Assembly (NCBI GenBank): GCA_963747115.1
Contig: CAVVEB010000001.1
Coordinates: 52,735-116,734 of the forward strand
Reading direction: 5' to 3'
DNA from: an uncultured delta proteobacterium
Lineage (GTDB): Bacteria > Desulfobacterota > Binatia > Binatales > Binataceae
Length of the DNA: 64,000 nt
The translations under genes were made by a program, and so were the position numbers. The notes under the pieces were generated by a model. It saw only the letters and a program-made list of their open reading frames with translations, was not told the origin of the DNA and ran no database searches. Below are positions 47,635-56,778 of this stretch, piece after piece. How positions within the stretch are numbered: position 1 is the first letter of the stretch; each line of letters starts with the position of its first letter.

Positions 47635-49211
47635 AATTCGACGCCGTCGCGCTCTCCGTGATGAACAATCGCCTCGCCGCGATCGCGGAAGAGATGGGCG
47701 TGGTACTCGGGATGACGGCCTTCTCACCCAACATCAAGGAGCGCCACGATTTCTCGTGCGCGCTGTTCGACGGCGATGGAGAGTTGGCCGCGCAAGCCGC
47801 GCACATTCCCGTTCACCTCGGGTCGACGCCGCTTTCGGTGCGGGCGGCGATCGAGCGGCTCGAACTTTTCCCTGGCGATATCGCCGCACTCAACGATCCT
47901 TTCGCGGGAGGAACCCATCTGCCCGATCTGACGCTGGTCGCGCCAATTTTCATTGGCAAGGAAAACCAGCCCTTCGCATATGCGGCAAACCGTGCGCATC
48001 ACGCGGACATCGGCGGCATGTCGCCCGGCTCGATGGCGCTGGCGACGGAAATTTACCAGGAAGGTTTTCGGCTGCCGCCGGTCAAGATCGTCGAGCGCGC
48101 GAAACCCTCGCGCGATGTGCTGACCCTGTTTCTCGCCAATACCCGCGTGCATGAGGAACGCGAAGGCGACCTGCGCGCGCAAATCGCTTCGCTGGAGACA
48201 GGTTGCGATCGTTTTCGCGAGCTGGTTGATTCCTCTGGCCGCACGACGATCACCCGGGCGATGGATGCGCTGAAAACCTACTCCGCGCGCCTGATGGAAG
48301 CCGAGTTGCGAAAAATCAAACCGGGAATCTACGCGGCGGAGGATTTTCTCGACGATGACGGCTTCGGCACCGAACATATTCCGATTCGCGCCGAAGTCCG
48401 CATCGGCCGTGGCAAAGCAATAGTGAACTTTGCCGGCTCGGCGCCGCAGGTGCGCGGCAACCTCAACGCGAACTACGCGATCACACTATCCGCCACCTTT
48501 TACGTGATGAAATGTCTCGCGGCCGAGGACGTCCCCGCCAACGAAGGTCTGATGCGTCCGATAAAAGTTATCGCACCTGCAGGTTCGATCGTGAACGCGA
48601 ATCCGCCCGCGGCGGTGGCCGGTGGCAACGTCGAGACTTCGCAACGGATCGTCGATGTGCTCTTCAAGGCGCTCGCTGAGGCCGCGCCTCACCGGATTCC
48701 GGCCGCCAGTTCGGGTTCGATGTCGAACCTGACGGTCGGCGGATTCGACCGCATTCGCAATCGCCAGTTTTCCTACTATGAGACAATTGCGGGCGGCGCG
48801 GGCGCCTCAGCGGGCGGTCCGGGTGCATCGGGAATACATACTCACATGACTAATACTTTGAACACACCGATCGAGGCGCTGGAGACTTACTATCCCATGC
48901 GTGTGACAGAGTACCGTATCCGGCGCGGCTCGGGCGGGAGTGGCTATTGGCGCGGTGGCGATGGTTTGGTCCGGGAACTCGAATGCATGGCTGACTCGAG
49001 CGTCAGCTTACTGACCGATCGACGGGTCACCAGACCTTGGGGGTTGAACGGAGGTGCGGAAGGCGCGGCGGGCGCCAACTATCTCGTTCGCGGCGGAAAG
49101 CGCAGGAAGCTGCCGGGGAAAACTAATCTATTACTTCAATCCGGCGACAGAATTCGAATCGAGACTCCCGGCGGCGGTGGATGGGGCCGCGAGCGAAAGT
49201 TTTCAAAGTAG
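47631..49211 (+). CDS. hyuB: Hydantoinase/oxoprolinase B subunit (HyuB family)
   Basis: 526 aa intact, start overlaps the hyuA stop. Conserved HyuB motifs (DFSCALFD, HIPVHLGS, ANRAHHADIGG). Confidence 0.9.
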   Translation: MKFDAVALSVMNNRLAAIAEEMGVVLGMTAFSPNIKERHDFSCALFDGDGELAAQAAHIPVHLGSTPLSVRAAIERLELFPGDIAALNDPFAGGTHLPDLTLVAPIFIGKENQPFAYAANRAHHADIGGMSPGSMALATEIYQEGFRLPPVKIVERAKPSRDVLTLFLANTRVHEEREGDLRAQIASLETGCDRFRELVDSSGRTTITRAMDALKTYSARLMEAELRKIKPGIYAAEDFLDDDGFGTEHIPIRAEVRIGRGKAIVNFAGSAPQVRGNLNANYAITLSATFYVMKCLAAEDVPANEGLMRPIKVIAPAGSIVNANPPAAVAGGNVETSQRIVDVLFKALAEAAPHRIPAASSGSMSNLTVGGFDRIRNRQFSYYETIAGGAGASAGGPGASGIHTHMTNTLNTPIEALETYYPMRVTEYRIRRGSGGSGYWRGGDGLVRELECMADSSVSLLTDRRVTRPWGLNGGAEGAAGANYLVRGGKRRKLPGKTNLLLQSGDRIRIETPGGGGWGRERKFSK

Positions 49212-49267
49212 TCATATGGCATCCGAACGATTAGCCCCTGATTACTTAGTCAGTTAGCCTGTCGCCA

Positions 49268-49681
49268 ATGGCCGAAGATCAATTTTGGATAGGAGTGCAT
49301 GGCGTCATAGTCGACGGCGGAAAAATTCTGGTGCTGAAACGAGCGGCCGGAATGCCGTACAAACCGGGTTCCTGGGATCTGCCGGGCGGTCATCTGCTGA
49401 TCGGAGAATCGTTCGAGGAATGCGTCGTGCGGGAGGTCGAGGAGGAAACCGGGCTCGCGGTTACGATCGATCGGCTACTCGGGATTCACAACAGCATCGG
49501 TCCACATGTGCAGGCGATTTACGCATGCAGTCTCACGGGTGCCACGCGCGAAATTCGCCTGCGGCCGCATGAGCACCTCGAGGCGCGATGGATTGCGCCC
49601 TCGGGGCTGGGGCAACTCGATTTGATTCCTTACCTCGAAGGCATCCTACGTCGCGGCATGCTGGATTTCGTGCCGGGCTAG
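49268..49681 (+). CDS. Nudix hydrolase
   Basis: Nudix box GGHLLIGESFEECVVREVEEETGL. Confidence 0.8.
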   Translation: MAEDQFWIGVHGVIVDGGKILVLKRAAGMPYKPGSWDLPGGHLLIGESFEECVVREVEEETGLAVTIDRLLGIHNSIGPHVQAIYACSLTGATREIRLRPHEHLEARWIAPSGLGQLDLIPYLEGILRRGMLDFVPG

Positions 49682-49691
49682 CGCAACTGAG

Positions 49692-50600
49692 TTAGTGGCT
49701 GTCGCGAATTGCGAGGCGGCCGCGCCAGTAGCCGAAAAAATTCGCGCATTCGAGCTGATGATATATGACGCCCTCGCGATCGCCTCGCAGTGCGGCGCCA
49801 AACATCCGCGCGAGATTTTTGGCGAGCTTGTCGAAGCGATTGTGGCTCTTGCTTCCCGCGATCGCAGTCCCAAAACCGTAGGCGAAACTTTTGCGGCGCA
49901 AATATCGCGCATTCATACGCTCCGCGCCGATGAGGTGATGCACGATGGCCTCGGGAACGAAGCCCATCCGGCCGTTGCGCGCGATCACGCGAAGAAAAAA
50001 ATCCGTGTCGGCGCCGGAAATCGGATTCCCCCCGAACACTCCCAGGTCTTCGCGAAACTGGCCGAAGCGCTGCAACGATGCGCACCGCAATCCCATGCTT
50101 GCGGCGAAGTAGTTGGCCATGGTTTCGATTTCGCCGCGGTTCATTCGCGCGATCGCCTCGCGCGCATGGACCGCCAGTTTCGGATAGAGCCGCGGCCCTA
50201 ACCACGTGGGCGGCGGCCTGCTCCATCGGGGCAGGACCATTCCGCAAGCGACGTCGAGCCCGCGCTGCTCGATCCCGGTGAGCATCGAGCGCGCCCAATC
50301 GGGCTCGGCGATAGCGTCGTCATCTATGAACAAAAGAAAATCACTCGCCGACTCGTCGATTGCGCGATTGCGCGCGAAGCTTTCACCGAGCCGAGATTCG
50401 TAGACTCGGCGCGCAGGAAACGGCGCGCTGCGTGATTCGTCGGCGAAAGCGGTGTCGGTGTCGTCGGTCGAGCCGTTGTCGATCACGATCAGTTCGAATT
50501 CACAATTGTCGGGAATCGCCAGCGCGAAAACGCTGCGCAAGGTCTCGCGCAGCGTCGCGCTGCGATTGTGAGTCGGAATCGCGACGGTGACGCGCTTCAC
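49692..50600 (-). CDS. Glycosyltransferase family 2
   Basis: VAIPTHNR...VIDNGSTDDT...FIDDDA (DxD). 302 aa. Confidence 0.8.
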   Translation of the reverse strand: MKRVTVAIPTHNRSATLRETLRSVFALAIPDNCEFELIVIDNGSTDDTDTAFADESRSAPFPARRVYESRLGESFARNRAIDESASDFLLFIDDDAIAEPDWARSMLTGIEQRGLDVACGMVLPRWSRPPPTWLGPRLYPKLAVHAREAIARMNRGEIETMANYFAASMGLRCASLQRFGQFREDLGVFGGNPISGADTDFFLRVIARNGRMGFVPEAIVHHLIGAERMNARYLRRKSFAYGFGTAIAGSKSHNRFDKLAKNLARMFGAALRGDREGVIYHQLECANFFGYWRGRLAIRDSH

Positions 50601-50603
50601 GAG

Positions 50604-51509
50604 CTACTCGCGGTGAGGAGCTTTCCACGCACGGAGATCCCGTCGGAGTAATTTTTCCAGTTCCTCGATCTCAGGCAGATATCGGGCGCGAATTCGCGCG
50701 TCGAGTTCGGGTGAGAGCGATTCGAATTCTTCGCCGCGCTCGAAACAGAAGCGCCATACCCCCGCGTGCTCAAGGGATCTCACCGTGTGATACCAGTCGT
50801 GGTCTTCGAGCCAGAGCCGAAGATTGCGCGCGTTGCGCGCCAGGTGCCGGTTGCGAGGCGCACGCGCCACTCCGTTTACGCGCTCGTCGCCGCCCACGTC
50901 GTGCTCCAGTTGGAAGCGCGCGGCGCCGATGAAATCGCAGATTCGATCTACGAATCCCTGCGGCGAAGCTTTCAATTCTTCATGGAAGCAAACCAGTACG
51001 CGCTCCCTGCCGAACGCCGCAAACCACGCGCTCAGATGAGTCGCGTAGCGGTTGGTCTCGGAGATGTGAGCGCGCGCGGCAACCGCGGATTCGAAATCGC
51101 GCTTCTCCCACGCGTAGCTGCGCAGTAACCGATAGATGGAGTATGCGCGCGCGACCGGATCGCGCAGCGTGACGATTAATTTCGCATCCGGGATGTCGCG
51201 GGCCATCCGTTCGCGCGCCTGTACGCTGGAAAAATAGTTCGGGCAGATTTCACCGCATATGACGTCAGCTGGGTAGCCGCGAAAGTATGCGCGATACCAC
51301 GGCAGTCCCTCGAAATAATTGCGGGTGAAGAAATCGGTCTCCTTGCGGTTGCGCGGCAGGCCGACATGGCCACGCATCACCTCGTCGAGCCAGGTGGTAG
51401 CGCTGCGCGGAGGTCCGATGGCAACGAATGCGGGCAGGCGTCCGGGTTCAGATTGCTCGGCGGCGCGGCGGATTGTCCTGTCTTCTATCGCCCGCATGAT
51501 CTCGCGCAT
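50604..51509 (-). CDS. Sulfotransferase (PAPS-dependent), paralog 1
   Basis: 5'-PSB motif AIGPPRSATTWL, 3'-PB motif TLRDPVARAYS. 301 aa. Confidence 0.8.
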   Translation of the reverse strand: MREIMRAIEDRTIRRAAEQSEPGRLPAFVAIGPPRSATTWLDEVMRGHVGLPRNRKETDFFTRNYFEGLPWYRAYFRGYPADVICGEICPNYFSSVQARERMARDIPDAKLIVTLRDPVARAYSIYRLLRSYAWEKRDFESAVAARAHISETNRYATHLSAWFAAFGRERVLVCFHEELKASPQGFVDRICDFIGAARFQLEHDVGGDERVNGVARAPRNRHLARNARNLRLWLEDHDWYHTVRSLEHAGVWRFCFERGEEFESLSPELDARIRARYLPEIEELEKLLRRDLRAWKAPHRE

Positions 51510-51518
51510 GATCTCGAA

Positions 51519-52424
51519 TCAATTTTGGCCACGCGGAGTTTTCCACGCCGTCAGATCGCGGCCGATGAGCTTTTCGAGTTGCTCGATCTCGGGAATGAAC
51601 AGCGAGCGCACGCGGGCGTCGACTTCGGGATCGAGCGGCTTGAATTCCTCGCCACGGCCATAACAAAAGCGCCACACGCCCCATCGATCGAAGAGATCGC
51701 GGGTGCGATACCAGTCGTTGTCGTCGAGCCAGATTTGCAAGTTGCGCGCGTTTTGCGCGAGGTGCTTGCTCCGCGGTGCGCGCGCGACACCATTTACCTC
51801 CTCGCTGATTTTGATGCTGGAGTCGAGCTGAAAAGGAAGGGTCTCGAGGAAATCGCAAATTCGATCTACGTAAGCCTGGGGCGAAGCTTTCAGATCGTCG
51901 TAGAGACACACCAGCACCCGATTTTCGCCAAACAGGCGCTGCCATTCACGCAGATGAAACGCGTAGCGGTTGCAATCCTGAATGTCTTTTCGGTTGCGGA
52001 CCGCTTCCTCGAAACCGGTCTTAACCCACGAGTAGCGGCGCATCAGCCGATAGTAGGAATACGCACGCGCGACCGGATCGCGCAGCGTGACAATTATTTT
52101 GACGCCCGGCAGATCGTGGGCGATGCGCTCGCGCGACTCGGCCAGCGGAAACAGGGTCGGACAAATCTCGCCGCACGGCAGATCGCGTGGACAATCGCGA
52201 AAGTAGCCGAGATACCATTGCAAACCGCGCGAATAGTTGCGCTTGAAGAAATCGGTCTCCTTGCGGTTGCGCGGAAGCCCGAGGTGTCCCCGCAGGGCTT
52301 CATCGAGCCACGTGGTCGCCGTACGCGGCGGGCCTACCGCGATGAAATCGGGACTCCGCGGGGCGAGGCTCTCCCTTTTTCGCGGCGCTACGCTCTCACT
52401 CGACGGCGATGATGCCATCCTCAA
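51519..52424 (-). CDS. Sulfotransferase (PAPS-dependent), paralog 2 (tandem duplicate)
   Basis: AVGPPRTATTWL, TLRDPVARAYS. Collinear similarity to paralog 1 over the whole length (e.g. LPRNRKETDFF, ICDF, NGVARAPR, WYRT/WYHT). Confidence 0.8.
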   Translation of the reverse strand: MRMASSPSSESVAPRKRESLAPRSPDFIAVGPPRTATTWLDEALRGHLGLPRNRKETDFFKRNYSRGLQWYLGYFRDCPRDLPCGEICPTLFPLAESRERIAHDLPGVKIIVTLRDPVARAYSYYRLMRRYSWVKTGFEEAVRNRKDIQDCNRYAFHLREWQRLFGENRVLVCLYDDLKASPQAYVDRICDFLETLPFQLDSSIKISEEVNGVARAPRSKHLAQNARNLQIWLDDNDWYRTRDLFDRWGVWRFCYGRGEEFKPLDPEVDARVRSLFIPEIEQLEKLIGRDLTAWKTPRGQN

Positions 52425-52479
52425 ACTGCGACTTCGGCGAACCTTTCGCGGGCCGGATTCATCCCGGATCGCGCGGTTT

Positions 52480-53676
52480 TCAATGCGCCGGCGGAGGAGG
52501 CGGTGGCGGAGGTGGCAGAGCCGCTGACGATCCCGTCGACCCGCCGGCGGCCGCTGCAGGAGCCGGCGTGGGAGTCGATGTGGGTAGGGCCTGCGGCTTC
52601 GGCAACGGCGCCTTCGACTGGGTGAAGACGACGCCGCTCACTTCGAGATCGGGGGTGGCCTTCTGCTGGATGTCGGGCGGCGCGTTCAGTTTGAAGCCGA
52701 AACCGCGGGTCTCACCTGGTACGAACGGAAGGACCGGACGTGAAAAATTGATGAACTCGATCGGCGTCACGATAATCGAATGCTCTTCCGAGAAAACGGA
52801 CTTTTTCTTTTTGCCTTTTCCTTCGTAGTAGGTGACGGTGCAGACGACCTCATCGTTTGCCTTGTCGCCATTGTTGGTAATCTTGCCGAAAATCCCCGGC
52901 ACTCGCGAAGCGGCCATCTTCATATCAACATCGCTGAGCGCGAGTTTGGGAACGTAGGCTTGTCCATCCGCAACCTGATTCTTGACTGCGTTGATATCCT
53001 CGAGCTCCCGCTCAAGGCGGAATCTGGTTCCCGCATTGCCGGTCGCTTCTTCATTGTCGCATTCCCGGAGAGCGGCATTGTAGGCGGAAATCGCGTGCTC
53101 GTAGTCGTGTTTGTGATAGGCCTCGATTCCTTCTTTGTGCTTTTTTTCGATATCGTCCTGCGCGGAAAAATCAACGAAGATCTTCCAGTCGTTGCCTTCC
53201 TTGATGGCCACGATGTCGTCCTCATAGGTGACCGTCGGGTAGGTCTTGTCCTCGAGGCTCTTTTGCGCCGCTTGCTCGGGGCCCGCGTTCGGATCGGCGT
53301 TCGCGTCGATGGTCCTTTCCCAGAGCGGCAGGTCCGGCCGCGTAACCTTGACCGCCACGATCGCTTTGGTGTCATTCTCCTGCTTCACGTCGCCGACCTC
53401 GAAGTCCTGGGCGCGGACCAAGCCCTTGAACCAATCGCGGCTGACATTGGGAGCGAGCGGAATCTGGGTCAGAAACTGGTCGAGCGTGCGATCGATTTGA
53501 TCCTGATGCGAGAGCGCCTGGTAGCAGGCGGGATAATTGTAAAGTTTCAAATTTTCGATGTAGCTCTGAGCGGTTTTCGCAGGCCCTCCGCCCGAGCAAC
53601 CCGACGCGCCAGCGGCCACTATGATGGCGACCGCAGTGAGAACGGGTCGCAGGGTAAGAAGCTTGGTTTTAGTCAT
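52480..53676 (-). CDS. Lipoprotein, hypothetical, with Pro-rich C-terminus
   Basis: MTKTKLLTLRPVLTAVAIIVAAGASGCSG (lipobox) ... C-terminal PTSTPTPAPAAAAGG...PPPPPPPPPA. Confidence 0.5.
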   Translation of the reverse strand: MTKTKLLTLRPVLTAVAIIVAAGASGCSGGGPAKTAQSYIENLKLYNYPACYQALSHQDQIDRTLDQFLTQIPLAPNVSRDWFKGLVRAQDFEVGDVKQENDTKAIVAVKVTRPDLPLWERTIDANADPNAGPEQAAQKSLEDKTYPTVTYEDDIVAIKEGNDWKIFVDFSAQDDIEKKHKEGIEAYHKHDYEHAISAYNAALRECDNEEATGNAGTRFRLERELEDINAVKNQVADGQAYVPKLALSDVDMKMAASRVPGIFGKITNNGDKANDEVVCTVTYYEGKGKKKKSVFSEEHSIIVTPIEFINFSRPVLPFVPGETRGFGFKLNAPPDIQQKATPDLEVSGVVFTQSKAPLPKPQALPTSTPTPAPAAAAGGSTGSSAALPPPPPPPPPAH

Positions 53677-53781
53677 CGTGTGAGATTCTAATGTGACAGA
53701 GATCAAAAACAAGTGTCCTGGGGAACGCGAACATAGATCGAAGGTCGCGGCGCCATCTCGGCTCCGCGGCTGTCGGGCACT

Positions 53782-54954
53782 TCAATCGAGCGGCTTCGGA
53801 AAGCTCAGCCGCATCACTTCGGTCTGAGCCAGCGCATCATTCACCATTCGATCGATCTCAAGATGCGTTTCGGATTCTTCGATCTGCTTCAGACTGGCAC
53901 GAGTCTCCGGATGCGCCGGCGTAAACAGGGTGCAGCAGTCCTCGTCGGGCATTATCGAAGTTTCAAAAGTCCCCAGGCGGCGCGCTTCGGCAATGATCTC
54001 ATTCTTGTCCATTCCGACCAGGGGACGCAAAACCGGCATCGCGGTGGCGGTCTGAATCACCATCATGTTTTCCAGCGTCTGCGAGGCCACCTGCCCCAGA
54101 CTTTCTCCGGTGACAAGGACCGTGGCGCCGAGCTTGCGCGCCAGCGCAGCCGCGATGCGCATCATGAAGCGGCGGTACATCACGACGCGAAGTGGACGCG
54201 GACTTTTCGCAACAATCTCGCGCTGCAAAATTCCAAACGGCACCAGCATCAGCGTCGCGCGGCCTTCGAAGCGGGTCAGATGCATCGCGAGATCGAGCGC
54301 TTTGTCGCGGCTGGCCGTCGTCACCAGCGGATGACCATGGAAATGCACGAAGTCCACGTGGAGTCCGCGCTTCATCATCCGATGCGCCGCGACCGGAGAA
54401 TCGATTCCACCGGATAGCAGCGTCAGGCCGCGCCCCGTTATACCGACGGGAAGACCGCCGGCGCCCGGCAGTTTGCCCGCGGAAACGTAGGCCGCCTCGG
54501 GAAGAATCTCGATCGAAATAGTCAGCTCGGGATTTTCGAGGTCGACCTTGAAGCCGTATGTTTGCGCGACCGCGGCGCCTACCAGCTTGTCGATTTCCAT
54601 CGAATTTAGGGCGAACCTTTTGTAGTCGCGTTTGGTACTCACGCGAAAGGTCTTCACCCGCCAACCGCTCGCGCGATCGATCGCCTCGCGCACGATCGCA
54701 TCAATTTCGAGCGGCACGCGATAGCTGATTGAAAAATTCTGCAAACCGAAAATCAACGCGACGCGTTCGCGGACCACTTCATCGGGGATGGTGTCAGGTA
54801 ATTCGATCATCAGGCGTGAGCCTGCGGATCGAATTTTGCCGAGGCAGTAGTCGCCCAGGATCGCGCGCAGGTTGTGCTTGATCTGATCCACGAAGCGCCA
54901 GCGATTGCCGCCCTTGAGCGCGACTTCGTGATATCTGCCGATCAGGTAACGCAT
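53782..54954 (-). CDS. thiI: tRNA 4-thiouridine sulfurtransferase ThiI (THUMP + PP-loop)
   Basis: SGGIDSPVA PP-loop, THUMP N-domain. 390 aa. Confidence 0.9.
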   Translation of the reverse strand: MRYLIGRYHEVALKGGNRWRFVDQIKHNLRAILGDYCLGKIRSAGSRLMIELPDTIPDEVVRERVALIFGLQNFSISYRVPLEIDAIVREAIDRASGWRVKTFRVSTKRDYKRFALNSMEIDKLVGAAVAQTYGFKVDLENPELTISIEILPEAAYVSAGKLPGAGGLPVGITGRGLTLLSGGIDSPVAAHRMMKRGLHVDFVHFHGHPLVTTASRDKALDLAMHLTRFEGRATLMLVPFGILQREIVAKSPRPLRVVMYRRFMMRIAAALARKLGATVLVTGESLGQVASQTLENMMVIQTATAMPVLRPLVGMDKNEIIAEARRLGTFETSIMPDEDCCTLFTPAHPETRASLKQIEESETHLEIDRMVNDALAQTEVMRLSFPKPLD

Positions 54955-55019
54955 TTCGGATTGGTGCGGTGATAGCGCCGCAATGGTTCATGATATGCTA
55001 TCGCTGTAGGGGAGCCAGC

Positions 55020-55682
55020 ATGCCGAAATTGCGCAGCGACGGGGCGGATCATTCTCGCATTCTGGACAATCAGAAGCACCTCACCAGGTTGCGCCGCGCG
55101 CTGCACCAGACCGATCCCGAGGATCGTCCTGGCCCTGACGCGCCGGCCCGCGAGGCCGCCGTGCTGGTCCCAATCATCGAGCGCGACGGCGACCTGAATA
55201 TTGTGTTCATCCGGCGCTCCGACCGGGTCGAGAGTCATCGCGGTCAGGTTGCGTTTCCCGGCGGCCGGGTCGAACCGTCGGACATCACGCTGCTCGAGAC
55301 CGCACTGCGCGAAGCTCGCGAAGAAATCGGCATCGAGCGCGACGCGGTTGAGGTGCTGGGAGGCTTTCCCACCATGAGCACAGTTTCCAGCGGGATGCGG
55401 GTGGCGCCGTTCGTCGGGCGGCTGATTCGTCCGGTTGAGTATCAGATCGATCCGATCGAGGTCGCCGAGGTTTTCGAGGTTCCGCTCAACGCGCTGGCGG
55501 ACGCGCGCTATCGTGGGGTTTACGAATGGCGGCGCGACAAGGATCGCCCGTCGTCCAATTTTCCCGCCATCTTTTATGCGGGCCAGACCATCTGGGGCCT
55601 CACCCTGCGCATCACCGAAAGCCTGATCGAGATCATGGAAATTCCGCGCCCCGGTTCTCGCGCGGAGCCTCGCCGGGCGTAG
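55020..55682 (+). CDS. nudL: CoA pyrophosphatase (NudL-type Nudix)
   Basis: AAVLVPI...RRSDRVESHRGQVAFPGGRVEP...EALREAREEIG. Confidence 0.75.
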   Translation: MPKLRSDGADHSRILDNQKHLTRLRRALHQTDPEDRPGPDAPAREAAVLVPIIERDGDLNIVFIRRSDRVESHRGQVAFPGGRVEPSDITLLETALREAREEIGIERDAVEVLGGFPTMSTVSSGMRVAPFVGRLIRPVEYQIDPIEVAEVFEVPLNALADARYRGVYEWRRDKDRPSSNFPAIFYAGQTIWGLTLRITESLIEIMEIPRPGSRAEPRRA

Positions 55683-55749
55683 CGTGCGCTTGCTCCGATA
55701 GGGAGCGCGGAGAAATCTTCGCAATGGTCTTTGCACGGGCAATGTAATT

Positions 55750-56367
55750 ATGTCGGTTACGATTAAGGTTCCGCGCCGGGGAAAAGTCCATGGCCAACGC
55801 GCTCGCGCCGATGGTGCTCGTGCGGATGTAGTCGACGCGGTCCTTGATCTCGTCCAGCAGGGTGAGTTGAGACCAACCGCGGAACGGATTGCCGCGCGGG
55901 CCGGAGTCTCTGAGCGGCTCGTATTCCAACATTTCGCGGATCTCGAATCTCTTTATGCGGCAGCGGCCGAGCGGCAATTTGAGCGCCTCCAGCCGCTGAT
56001 GAAAGAGTGCGCGGCGGAAGGCCCCTTCGAAAAACGGCTGAAGGCTTTCCTTCGGCAGCGGTCGCAAGTTTGGGAAAGAATCACACCAATGCGGCGTGCC
56101 GCGCTCCTGCGCGAACCGTATTCGAGAGAGGTTACTCTGCGGCTTGCCACGGTTCGTGATTTCGCGCTGCAAGAAGCCGCGCGGATCTTCGCTCCGGAGA
56201 TAAACCAATTCCCAGCCGCCGAACGCGCGGTAGTCATTGCGTCCGTTGGCGCGGTATCTTCGTGGCAAATGTGGGAAGTTCTGCGGCGGCATCAGGGGCT
56301 GCCCGAAGCAACTGCGCGCCGCGTATTGGCGCGAACAATTTCCGCGGTACTCGCCAGGCAAGACTGA
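55750..56367 (+). CDS. TetR/AcrR-family transcriptional regulator
   Basis: N-terminal HTH region TAERIAARAGVSERLVFQHFADLESLY, helical C-terminal ligand domain. Confidence 0.6.
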   Translation: MSVTIKVPRRGKVHGQRARADGARADVVDAVLDLVQQGELRPTAERIAARAGVSERLVFQHFADLESLYAAAAERQFERLQPLMKECAAEGPFEKRLKAFLRQRSQVWERITPMRRAALLREPYSREVTLRLATVRDFALQEAARIFAPEINQFPAAERAVVIASVGAVSSWQMWEVLRRHQGLPEATARRVLARTISAVLARQD

Positions 56368-56396
56368 GTAACTAAGATTGACTGAGGAGATACGAA

Positions 56397-56768
56397 ATGA
56401 GTTCGATAATGCCGACGCCTGAGGCGATGCAGAAACTGGCGCAGGCCCCGGAGACCGGCAAGGTGGTGATGCTGAACCTGCTCAAGTTCAAACCGGGCAC
56501 CGGCGCGGCATCCTACAATGAGTACGGCCGCCATGTCGCGAAGATCCTCGCGAAGATCGGCGGGCGCGTCCTCTTTGCCGGCCAGGCCGCACAATCGGTG
56601 ATTGGCAACAATGGCGACTGGGACGCCATCGCAATCGTCGAGTACCCCTCGCGCAAGGCTTTTGTGGAGATGGGCATGAGCACCGAGTACCAGGCGATCC
56701 ATCACTTTCGCGATGAAGGCCTCGAACGCACGGAACTGTACGCAATCAATCCGATGCCGACCCCATAG
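56397..56768 (+). CDS. DUF1330-family protein
   Basis: 123 aa; ...GGRVLFAG...DWDAIAIVEYPSRKAFVEMGMSTEYQAIHHFRDEG pattern typical of DUF1330. Confidence 0.65.
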   Translation: MSSIMPTPEAMQKLAQAPETGKVVMLNLLKFKPGTGAASYNEYGRHVAKILAKIGGRVLFAGQAAQSVIGNNGDWDAIAIVEYPSRKAFVEMGMSTEYQAIHHFRDEGLERTELYAINPMPTP

Positions 56769-56778
56769 GAGATGGCGC

